64,000 bases of DNA from an uncultured Spartobacteria bacterium (lineage in GTDB: Bacteria > Verrucomicrobiota > Verrucomicrobiia > Chthoniobacterales > Chthoniobacteraceae), in contig CAIURC010000078.1 of NCBI GenBank assembly GCA_903901425.1, forward strand, positions 29,828 to 93,827, in the 5' to 3' direction. Positions 17,551-25,282 of the stretch are shown here, piece after piece (within the stretch, counting starts at the first letter, position 1; each line of letters begins with the position of its first letter). The notes beneath the pieces were generated by a model that had not been told where the DNA came from, made no database searches, and worked only from the letters and a program-made list of their open reading frames with translations. A program made the position numbers and the translations under genes.

Positions 17551-19175
17551 GGGGAGTCCGGTGCGAGTTCCAGGACCCGGCCTGGGAGCCAGCCGGTGTT
17601 GTCCTTGAAATTGGTGGCGCGGGTGTACTCGAGGATGAGGAGCCGGTTGCCCCCGGCGGCAATCACGTCCACCGGCCGGCCGAGTGGGGCCGCGATTACC
17701 GTGGTTTCCACCGTCCAAGTGTCTGGGTCTTGCCGGTGCATTTTCAGCCGCAACAGGTCGAATCCGACGTCCTCTGGGCAGGCGGGTGGTCCGAGCAGGT
17801 TGCCTGAGCGGGTCAGCAGGAAACAGTTTCTGAGGGGTTCGGGATACTGGGGGCCGCACCAGAGCATTCCACAGGGGGAGGAATGGGGGTCGAAGGTGGC
17901 CATGGGTTTTTGAGGGGAACCGCCGCCAGCCGGTCCGAGGTTGAGCAGGGGCAGGGTGAATGCAAGGCCCGCGGGTGGGTCGGGCGTGAACGGATAGGGG
18001 AACCCTTTTTTCTGGGGCCAGTCGGAGAACTGGAACGGAAACCCGTAGTGTTTGCCCGGGCGGATCCAGTCCATTTCCTCGGGCGCGCTGTAGTCGGGCC
18101 CGTTGGAGACGGTGAAGAGGTTGCCATCGGCGTCCCAGGCGAATCCATAGGCGTTCCGGATGCCCCTCGCATGGATTTCCACGGATGGCTGGGCTGAATC
18201 GGGATCGATCCGCCAAATGCAGGCGGTGTTTTCCCGTTCACCGCCGCCGAGGTAGGCGGGATCGGTCGAATCCTCGCCGGCATCGGTGCGTGAGCCGCTG
18301 TTGACGTACAGTTTGCCATCGGGACCGAACGCGATGTGGCTGACGCCGTGGTTGAACTTGCCGCCCCCCTTGTTGTAGCCGGACACGAGCCAGGGTTTGA
18401 GCCCGGAGGGATGCCCGTTCTGGGAGCCTGTGCTGCGCCAGAGGACGACTTCGTTCTCAAACGGCTGTTGGCCGGTCCTGTGGGTGCGGTTCGAGACGAC
18501 AAGGAGGCGGCCTTGCGGGTCGAACGTGGCGCCCATGGTGGAGATGTCGCCCGAGAGGTACTCTTCTTTCCGGATCACGGGCACCGCCGCGCCGGCATCG
18601 ATGTGGAAGATCGTGCCGTTGTTGCCGAGGGCGTAGATCCCCTGCGGGGTGCCGTTGCTGATGAGGCGTGAACAGAACTCCGGTAACCGGGCGAACTCGG
18701 AGAGTTTCCAGCCGGGGACGGGTTTGGGCATGGGCTGGTATTCGGCGGCTTTGACGAGAGCCTGAAACGTGGGGAACTTGGAGGTGGTGCGGGCGGCGGC
18801 GACTTCGGCGGCGGTGAAGGGCGGCATCCGGTTTTCCCAGGAGGCGCCGACAAAGGTGAGCACATCGGCGGCCTGCTGGTCGTCTAGGACCTGTGCAGGC
18901 ATGTTGTTCAGGTAACGGATGCCCTTGACGGTGATGGGTCCGGAGAGCCCTTCGCAGAGAACCCGGATGGCGCGGGCGCGGTCCGCCTGGAGCCAGTCGG
19001 AGCCTGCGAGTGGCGGGTAAACGGGAGGGGCGCCGCCGCCATTGGGCTGGTGGCACATCAGACATTTTTCCGTGTAGATTTTTGCACCCCGTTCCAGCTG
19101 GGCGTCCACGGAATTGGCGTAAAGCGCCGGGACAGCCAGAGAGGCAGCGAGGAGCGTCCATGGGGGGAGGGACAT
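17547..19175 (-). CDS. Cytochrome c fused to glucose/sorbosone (PQQ-type) dehydrogenase beta-propeller
   Basis: Signal peptide, CLMCH heme motif, YPPLAGS, MPA; IAFGPDGKLYV, ARGIRNAYG, GKHYGFP, HSSPCG, GRPVDV. Confidence 0.8.
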   Translation of the reverse strand: MSLPPWTLLAASLAVPALYANSVDAQLERGAKIYTEKCLMCHQPNGGGAPPVYPPLAGSDWLQADRARAIRVLCEGLSGPITVKGIRYLNNMPAQVLDDQQAADVLTFVGASWENRMPPFTAAEVAAARTTSKFPTFQALVKAAEYQPMPKPVPGWKLSEFARLPEFCSRLISNGTPQGIYALGNNGTIFHIDAGAAVPVIRKEEYLSGDISTMGATFDPQGRLLVVSNRTHRTGQQPFENEVVLWRSTGSQNGHPSGLKPWLVSGYNKGGGKFNHGVSHIAFGPDGKLYVNSGSRTDAGEDSTDPAYLGGGERENTACIWRIDPDSAQPSVEIHARGIRNAYGFAWDADGNLFTVSNGPDYSAPEEMDWIRPGKHYGFPFQFSDWPQKKGFPYPFTPDPPAGLAFTLPLLNLGPAGGGSPQKPMATFDPHSSPCGMLWCGPQYPEPLRNCFLLTRSGNLLGPPACPEDVGFDLLRLKMHRQDPDTWTVETTVIAAPLGRPVDVIAAGGNRLLILEYTRATNFKDNTGWLPGRVLELAPDSP

Positions 19176-19197
19176 GGCGGCGCGGTTCTTGCGGATG

Positions 19198-19623
19198 TTA
19201 AAGGAGGCTGGCTGGAACTTTCACGACTCTTTGGTTTTCCTCGCCGTGCACAATTTCAATCCAGAGGGTCCGTTTGGGGAGCAGGGGCCGGAATTTGTCC
19301 GCCCATTCGAGTGCGAGGATGCCGCCCGCATCGAGGTAATCATCGAACCCGATCCGCTGGAGGTCGGCCTCGGTTTCCAGCCGGTACAGGTCAAAATGAA
19401 AGAGCGGGAGCCGGCCGTCGCGGTATTCGTGAACAAGGGTGAATGTGGGGCTGGTCACCGGGCCGGTGTGACCGAGGCCGAGCGCAAGGCCCTGGATCAA
19501 ATGCGTTTTGCCGGCACCGAGATCGCCCTGGAGACCGAGCACGTCGCCGGGCCGGAGCTTGGCTGCGAGACGCGAGCCGAGGGCCGAGGTTTCTTCAGGG
19601 CTGAGGGAAATGATCGAATCCAT
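19198..19623 (-). CDS. tsaE: tRNA threonylcarbamoyladenosine biosynthesis ATPase TsaE
   Basis: GDLGAGKT, VTSPTFTL, HFDLYRL, LEW. Confidence 0.95.
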   Translation of the reverse strand: MDSIISLSPEETSALGSRLAAKLRPGDVLGLQGDLGAGKTHLIQGLALGLGHTGPVTSPTFTLVHEYRDGRLPLFHFDLYRLETEADLQRIGFDDYLDAGGILALEWADKFRPLLPKRTLWIEIVHGEENQRVVKVPASLL

Positions 19624-20524
19624 GGGGGATTGAACGTGCGGACGGGTTGGCAGTCAGGGAGCCGATGGCGGTCAGCGGGAGCCGCGGGAACCGTTTTTTC
19701 CATGCGGCCTCGAGTCGGGCGGCGTTTTTTGAGGGGTGCGCCAGAAGGAGTTCGAAGTCTTCGCCATCGGACAGCGCCTGAGTGACAGAGGCGCCGCGGG
19801 TGCGTGGGACGCGGTCTGGATCGAGTGCGTAGCCGCAGCCGGAGGCGCGTGCCATCCTGGGCAGGTCGGAGCCGAGTCCGTCGCTGAGGTCCATGAGGGC
19901 GCTGGGTTTGAAGTGGGTGACGAGCCACCGGGCTTCCTCGAGGCGCGGGATGAAGTCCAGGTGTTTGCCGGACAGCGACCCGCCGAGCCTGCCGGTGACG
20001 TAGAGAATGTCGCCGGGCCGGCCGCCGGCGCGGGAAACGCAGCGGTTGGGCTCGACCCGGCCGGTGAGCGTGATGCTGGCAAAGACGGGGCCGGTAGACC
20101 GCGTGGTTTCGCCGCCGATGATCTGAATCCCGAACTTGCGGGCGGCCCGGCGAAGGCCTTTGTAGAGGCCGTGCATCCAAAGGACAGGGGTCGAGGGCGG
20201 GATCGCAACGGTGACCAGGGCGTACTCGGGCCAGCCGCCCATGGCGGCGATGTCGCTGATGGCGCGGGCCAAGGCTTTCCAGCCGACCCGTGCCGGGTCG
20301 GTTTCCGCAGTGAAATGGACGCCTTCGACCACAGCGTCGGTTTTGAGGAGTTCGAGCGTTTTCGAGCCGGACCGGACGGCAGCGCAGTCGTCGCCAATGC
20401 CGATCCGGACGCGGGCGTCTGGGGCGGGGAGGAGGTTTGTGAGTTGGGCGACGAGACGGTCTTCGCCGAGGTGCGCGACCGTTGCCGGGGCGGGCTGGGG
20501 CGGTTTATTTCCGGGCCGTTTCAC
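19595..20524 (-). CDS. thiL: Thiamine-monophosphate kinase
   Basis: GIGDDCA, EGVHF, SDIAAMGG, IIGGET, MDLSDGL, GEDFELL. Confidence 0.95.
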   Translation of the reverse strand: MKRPGNKPPQPAPATVAHLGEDRLVAQLTNLLPAPDARVRIGIGDDCAAVRSGSKTLELLKTDAVVEGVHFTAETDPARVGWKALARAISDIAAMGGWPEYALVTVAIPPSTPVLWMHGLYKGLRRAARKFGIQIIGGETTRSTGPVFASITLTGRVEPNRCVSRAGGRPGDILYVTGRLGGSLSGKHLDFIPRLEEARWLVTHFKPSALMDLSDGLGSDLPRMARASGCGYALDPDRVPRTRGASVTQALSDGEDFELLLAHPSKNAARLEAAWKKRFPRLPLTAIGSLTANPSARSIPHGFDHFPQP

Positions 20525-21330
20525 GGGGAAGCGGCTGCCTGCCAGTAGAGGTAGCCGAGTTGGGCGAGGTTGAATCCGGCGTGCATGGTGACAGGCACCA
20601 GCCAGCAGCCTGTGGCCTCGTAGGCGGCAGTGAGGCAGAGGGCGAGCACGAAGAGTCCGGCCAGAGAGCTCAGGTTGAGGTGGATGGCTGCGAACAGGGC
20701 ACAGGTGAAGAGCGCACTGGTGCGTGCACCGGCAAAGCGTTTGAGCGTGCCGTAGAAGTAGCCGCGGAACAGGAACTCCTCGGTCAACGGCGCTAGGATC
20801 ACGCCGGAGAGGAGGATCCGCCCCATGGCGGGGAAATCGGATTTGCGGGCAACGGACCTGAAAAGGGTGACCAGGGGTTGTTCCTGAATGGCATCCTGGA
20901 GGAAGAGCTGGCTGAGGAACGAGACGGTCAGGATCAGGGGGAACGCCGCGGCGAGCAGACCGAGGCCGAGGGCGATGGCGCGGAGCGGGGAGAGCCGGTC
21001 GAGGCCGAGTACGAGGCGGACACTGATTCCGCGGTACTGGAGGAAAACGGCGACAAGCGAGACGAGGACCGCGAACGAGACGGCATCCGGGAGGGGGTTG
21101 GCGTCGGCGGCTGGTGGGGGCTGGGTCTTGAGCAGGGCGAAGGAAAGCGCTCCGAGCAGGCAGGTGAGGATGCCCGTGGTGAGCATCAGATCGGAGACAG
21201 CGAACTCGGCGGTCCGGACGCGCCCGCCGTCGGACTGGATCCTGCGGAAAAGGCGGTGGTAGACGCCGGCGCCGCCTGCAGCGAGTGCGAGGAGGAGGAA
21301 GATGAGCGCGATCTGGAACGGGTTTCCCAT
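20521..21330 (-). CDS. CPBP (CAAX/Abi) intramembrane metalloprotease
   Basis: Start ATG 21330; APLTEEFLFRG, FAAIH, MHAGFN motifs. Confidence 0.9.
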   Translation of the reverse strand: MGNPFQIALIFLLLALAAGGAGVYHRLFRRIQSDGGRVRTAEFAVSDLMLTTGILTCLLGALSFALLKTQPPPAADANPLPDAVSFAVLVSLVAVFLQYRGISVRLVLGLDRLSPLRAIALGLGLLAAAFPLILTVSFLSQLFLQDAIQEQPLVTLFRSVARKSDFPAMGRILLSGVILAPLTEEFLFRGYFYGTLKRFAGARTSALFTCALFAAIHLNLSSLAGLFVLALCLTAAYEATGCWLVPVTMHAGFNLAQLGYLYWQAAASP

Positions 21331-21352
21331 GGGAGTGGGGGGAGCGTCCGGG

Positions 21353-22360
21353 TTACTCGGCGTAAAAAGCGGGCAGGTAGTACGGCCGGCCCGGTTCGAG
21401 CCGGGCGGCTGCGGGCTGGGGCAGCTGGAGTTCGATGCGGCGGAGGGGTGCGCGGCCGAGGAGTTCGAGCCAGCGGCCGAACTGGAACCTGGACTTGTAG
21501 CGGACCACGGCGGCATCGGGAGCCACGGCGAGTTCGATGGCCTTGGCGCAGGCGTCATCGAGGGTGCCGAGTTGGTCCACGAGGCGAGCGGAGTGGGCGT
21601 CCTTGCCTGAGATGACCCTGCCATCGGCCCAGGTCGAGCGGAGAGCGGGTTCGTCGAGGTGGCGCTCTTTGGCAACGATCCCAACAAAGATGTCGTAGGT
21701 TTGCAGGATCAATTTCTGTACGTACTCGCGTTCGGCTTCGGAGATGGGCCGTGAGCCGCTGAGCATGTCTTTGAACGGGCCGCTCTTGAACGTGACGGAT
21801 TCGAGCCCGATTTTCTGGAAGAGCTGCTGGTAGTTGAGAGACTGCATGATGACGCCGATGCTGCCGGTGAAGGTCGTTTCATGAGCGACAATCCAAGAGC
21901 CGGCGCAGGCCACGTAATAGCCGCCGGAGGCAGCCATGCTGCCCATGGAAACCACCACCGGTTTGCCGGACTGGTCCCGGACATTCCGCACAGCGCGGTA
22001 GAGAACATCGGAGGCGGTGACTTCGCCGCCCGGAGAATCGATCCGGAGCACCACAGCGCGCACTTTGGGATCCGCCGCGGCTTTGCGCAGTGCGACCTCA
22101 AGGTCTTCCACGGCGGTCGGGCTGACGGAGCCAGGCTCCATCCCTGAAATGATCCCGGTCAGTTCCAGTAGCGCGATCTTGTGCGGGGAACGGGTCTTGG
22201 AGGGGTGAACAATGCTCTCCTCCAAGTCGTCCTCCGGGCCATGTGCGGGGTCGGGCGCGGTGGAACCGCGTCCTGCGAAGAAGCAGAGGTTGGCGAAGAG
22301 ACTGGCTACAAGAGCCGCGACAAGAAGCGCGACGAGGCAGCCTGAGGTTTTGCGGCCCAT
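21353..22360 (-). CDS. sppA: Signal peptide peptidase SppA (S49, short form)
   Basis: RIDSPGG, AASGGYY, TGSIGV, KSGPFKD, DGRV; ATG 22360. Confidence 0.92.
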   Translation of the reverse strand: MGRKTSGCLVALLVAALVASLFANLCFFAGRGSTAPDPAHGPEDDLEESIVHPSKTRSPHKIALLELTGIISGMEPGSVSPTAVEDLEVALRKAAADPKVRAVVLRIDSPGGEVTASDVLYRAVRNVRDQSGKPVVVSMGSMAASGGYYVACAGSWIVAHETTFTGSIGVIMQSLNYQQLFQKIGLESVTFKSGPFKDMLSGSRPISEAEREYVQKLILQTYDIFVGIVAKERHLDEPALRSTWADGRVISGKDAHSARLVDQLGTLDDACAKAIELAVAPDAAVVRYKSRFQFGRWLELLGRAPLRRIELQLPQPAAARLEPGRPYYLPAFYAE

Positions 22361-22410
22361 AGACGTTGTGAACCCTGAACGATCGGAGCGGTGGCCGCAA
22401 GGGTGAACCC

Positions 22411-23661
22411 CTAGGGCGTTCTGCTGGGGGTGGGGGCGATGCGTTCCGCGGCGAGGAGAAGGCCTTGGGCCTTGTCGAGCGTCTCCTGCCATTCGGCTTC
22501 CGGCGAGGAATCGGCGAGGATGCCCGCGCCGACATGGAACTGGATTTGGCCGGCAGCGGCGACAGCGGTGCGGATGGCGATGTTGAACTGGCTTTCGCCG
22601 TTGTACCCGAACCAGCCGAGTGCGCCTGTGAAAACGCCCCTGGGAAACGGTTCGAGTTCAGCGATGATTTCGCGGGCCCGGCGTTTGGGGGCGCCGGTGA
22701 CGGAGCCGCCAGGGAAGCAGGAGCGGAGTGCGGCCACGGGGTGGACATCGGGCCTGAGGATGCCCTCGACGGTGGAGCTGAGGTGGAAAACGTGGGCGTA
22801 GCGTTCGAGCGCCAGCAGTTCCCGGACATGGACGGAGCCGAATTCGGAGACGGAGCCGAGATCGTTCCGTTCGAGGTCGGTGATCATGACGAGCTCGGCG
22901 ATTTCTTTGCGGGATGTGAGCAGGTCGTAGGCCGAGCGTTCATCGGCATCCGGGTCGGATTTCCTCGGGCGTGTTCCTTTGATGGGGCGGGTCCGGATGG
23001 CGCGGCCGGAGAGTTCGAGGAAGGATTCTGGGGAACTGGAGATGATCTGGGAGGTGCCGAGGTCCAGGAACGCGCTGTAGGGGGCGGGCGAGTAATGGCG
23101 GAGGGTTTCGTAGTAGAGAAAGGGGTCGCCCGACCAATCCGCGACAAAAGGATGGGCGAGGTTGACCTGATAAATGTCACCTGCGGCGATGTAGTCCTGT
23201 GCCCGGCGGACCATGGCACAGAAGCGGGCGCGGTCGAGCAACGGCTGGAAGACGAGGGGGCCGGCCTCGGACACGGGATGCGGCGCGGGGGCCAGGTGTT
23301 TGGACAGGTCGCCGATTTCGTACCAGCGTCCCTCGGCGTGCCGGTAGATCAAGGCGTGGGAATAAAACCCGAAAGCGAAGTCGCCCTCGTACCGGATGCA
23401 TCCTGCGGCAAACCCATGTGGCAGGCCGTCATCCGGGCCCGGGGGCGTTTCCCGTGCGACGAGGGCCTGCTGGAGGGCGTTCCAGTCGGTGCCTTCGAGG
23501 GTGTTTTCCGGCATTGCCCCCACGATGGAGAGGCCTGCGCGCGGGCCGTCCATGGAGGAATCGAAGAAAACCATGCCCGGGAGGTGCCGGCAGGCGGCAG
23601 CGACCTCCATCGGCGAAAGCTCGAGGGCGACGGGGCGCGGGCTGTGTGCGGAACCAGACAT
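22411..23661 (-). CDS. pabB: Aminodeoxychorismate synthase component I / anthranilate synthase component I family
   Basis: GDIYQVN, SSPESF, PIKGT, AELVMITDLERNDL, FPGGSVTGAPK, NIAIRT. Confidence 0.85.
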   Translation of the reverse strand: MSGSAHSPRPVALELSPMEVAAACRHLPGMVFFDSSMDGPRAGLSIVGAMPENTLEGTDWNALQQALVARETPPGPDDGLPHGFAAGCIRYEGDFAFGFYSHALIYRHAEGRWYEIGDLSKHLAPAPHPVSEAGPLVFQPLLDRARFCAMVRRAQDYIAAGDIYQVNLAHPFVADWSGDPFLYYETLRHYSPAPYSAFLDLGTSQIISSSPESFLELSGRAIRTRPIKGTRPRKSDPDADERSAYDLLTSRKEIAELVMITDLERNDLGSVSEFGSVHVRELLALERYAHVFHLSSTVEGILRPDVHPVAALRSCFPGGSVTGAPKRRAREIIAELEPFPRGVFTGALGWFGYNGESQFNIAIRTAVAAAGQIQFHVGAGILADSSPEAEWQETLDKAQGLLLAAERIAPTPSRTP

Positions 23662-23735
23662 CCACCCCCCGCTTGCGCCAGAAGAGCGCGCTTTTCAAAC
23701 GAAATCTTTGGGGTAGCGTCAGGAAGCGCTTTTTT

Positions 23736-24461
23736 ATGAAAAACAGGGCAGCTCGGTTTATTTTGGCATCTTGCATTCTGATGGCGGTCGTTTCCGCCCA
23801 GGGCCAGGAAACGGCCGGCGGCGGTTCGGACAAGAAGCCGGAGGCTGCGGAGAAAGCGGCGGGCAAAGCGTCCGGGGCGGACTCCGCCGGGGATGCCGGG
23901 AAGGGGGGCGCGGGTTTGGAACGGCTTTCGCCTGGACCGGCGCCGCGGTTGAAGGCGCCTGCGCCCAAGGGGCCGGACACACTGGATCTGCTGCCGACCG
24001 ACCCGGAATCGGTGGTTCGGAACAAGCTTTTGCCCTTGGAACCGGAGGCGCCGGAGTTGGCGGACCCTGTGGGTGCATTGGGGGCGGCTTTGAAAGACCG
24101 GGCGACGGAAGCCGTGGATAAGATCAAGCGGAACCGGACGGAACAGGCGACGGACGAGATGGCGTTGCGCGTCCGGTTCCGGCAGGCATACACGCGGGCG
24201 TTGCGGGATGGCGAGGTCCAGCAGTACTGGGAGGAGTCCAAGCGTGTCCCGACGGATTATGAGCGGCGCGAGTTCCTTAAGAAGTACTACACCCGGCTCT
24301 ACAGTTTGATGCGGAAGACGGACAAGAACCTGACGGTCCGTATCGACCAGGAAGAAAAGGAGGCCCTCCGGTTCCTGACCCAGAGGCGGGTGGAACCCAC
24401 GGTGCCGCCTGGGGGCGACCTCCGGCCATCGGTGGCTCCGCCCGCCGGACCGGCGTTTTGA
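23736..24461 (+). CDS. Secreted hypothetical protein
   Basis: ATG 23736; signal peptide ending SAQG; low-complexity N-half and helical C-half. Confidence 0.7.
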   Translation: MKNRAARFILASCILMAVVSAQGQETAGGGSDKKPEAAEKAAGKASGADSAGDAGKGGAGLERLSPGPAPRLKAPAPKGPDTLDLLPTDPESVVRNKLLPLEPEAPELADPVGALGAALKDRATEAVDKIKRNRTEQATDEMALRVRFRQAYTRALRDGEVQQYWEESKRVPTDYERREFLKKYYTRLYSLMRKTDKNLTVRIDQEEKEALRFLTQRRVEPTVPPGGDLRPSVAPPAGPAF

Positions 24462-24532
24462 AGCCGGGTTTCTGACCGCGGCTGGCCCCGGAGTCGGGTG
24501 GGTTGCCTGAAACCACGAAAACACAGCGAACC

Positions 24533-25282
24533 ATGCAGGCGTTTCTGGAGTTGCAGGCGTTGACGAAGGTCTACGGGGATTTCGTGGCGGTCCGGGACCT
24601 GTCGCTAAGCGCGGGACAGGGAGAGGTGCTGGCGCTCCTTGGCCCGAACGGGGCCGGAAAAACCACGACGCTGCGGATGCTGATGGGCCTCTTGCAGCCC
24701 ACGGCGGGAACTGCGCGCGTGGACGGCTTGGACTGTTTCGGGGACCGGGTGGCCGTGATGCAGCGGACCGGGTACCTGCCCGATGAACCCGTTTTTTACG
24801 ATTACCTCCGGGGCTCCGAAATTGTCCGGTTCGCCGGGGAGATGCGCGGGATGACCCGGGCCGAGGTGGATCGGAGGGCCGGGCCGCTGATGGAACGGCT
24901 GGAACTCACAGATGCGGTCCACGAGTTCGCGGCCAATTACTCGACGGGGATGAAAAAGAAACTGGGATTGGTGTGCGCGCTCATGCACGACCCGCGGCTG
25001 CTGATCCTGGATGAACCCACCAACGGTTTGGATCCCTTTGCCACGCGGACCCTGCATGCCATCCTCCGGGAACGGCAGGAATCCGGATGCACCGTGCTGT
25101 TCAGCACGCATCTGCTGGATCAGGCGGAAAAACTCTGCACCCGGATTGCGATTGTCCACCGGGGCCAACTCCGGGCGCATGGAACGCTGGAGGAACTCCG
25201 GACCCACCTCAGCGGCGGCGCAAGTCTCGAGGAGGTGTTTTTTGCGATCGCGGCCTCCGAGCCGGAACGGGTTACGGGATGA
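24533..25282 (+). CDS. ABC transporter ATP-binding protein
   Basis: GPNGAGKTT, YSTGMKKK, ILDEPT, STH. Confidence 0.92.
   Translation: MQAFLELQALTKVYGDFVAVRDLSLSAGQGEVLALLGPNGAGKTTTLRMLMGLLQPTAGTARVDGLDCFGDRVAVMQRTGYLPDEPVFYDYLRGSEIVRFAGEMRGMTRAEVDRRAGPLMERLELTDAVHEFAANYSTGMKKKLGLVCALMHDPRLLILDEPTNGLDPFATRTLHAILRERQESGCTVLFSTHLLDQAEKLCTRIAIVHRGQLRAHGTLEELRTHLSGGASLEEVFFAIAASEPERVTG

Noticed and set aside
17551..18216. N-terminal extension of ORF 16327-18216
   Set aside because: Overlaps the dehydrogenase in another frame; the signal peptide starts at 17550
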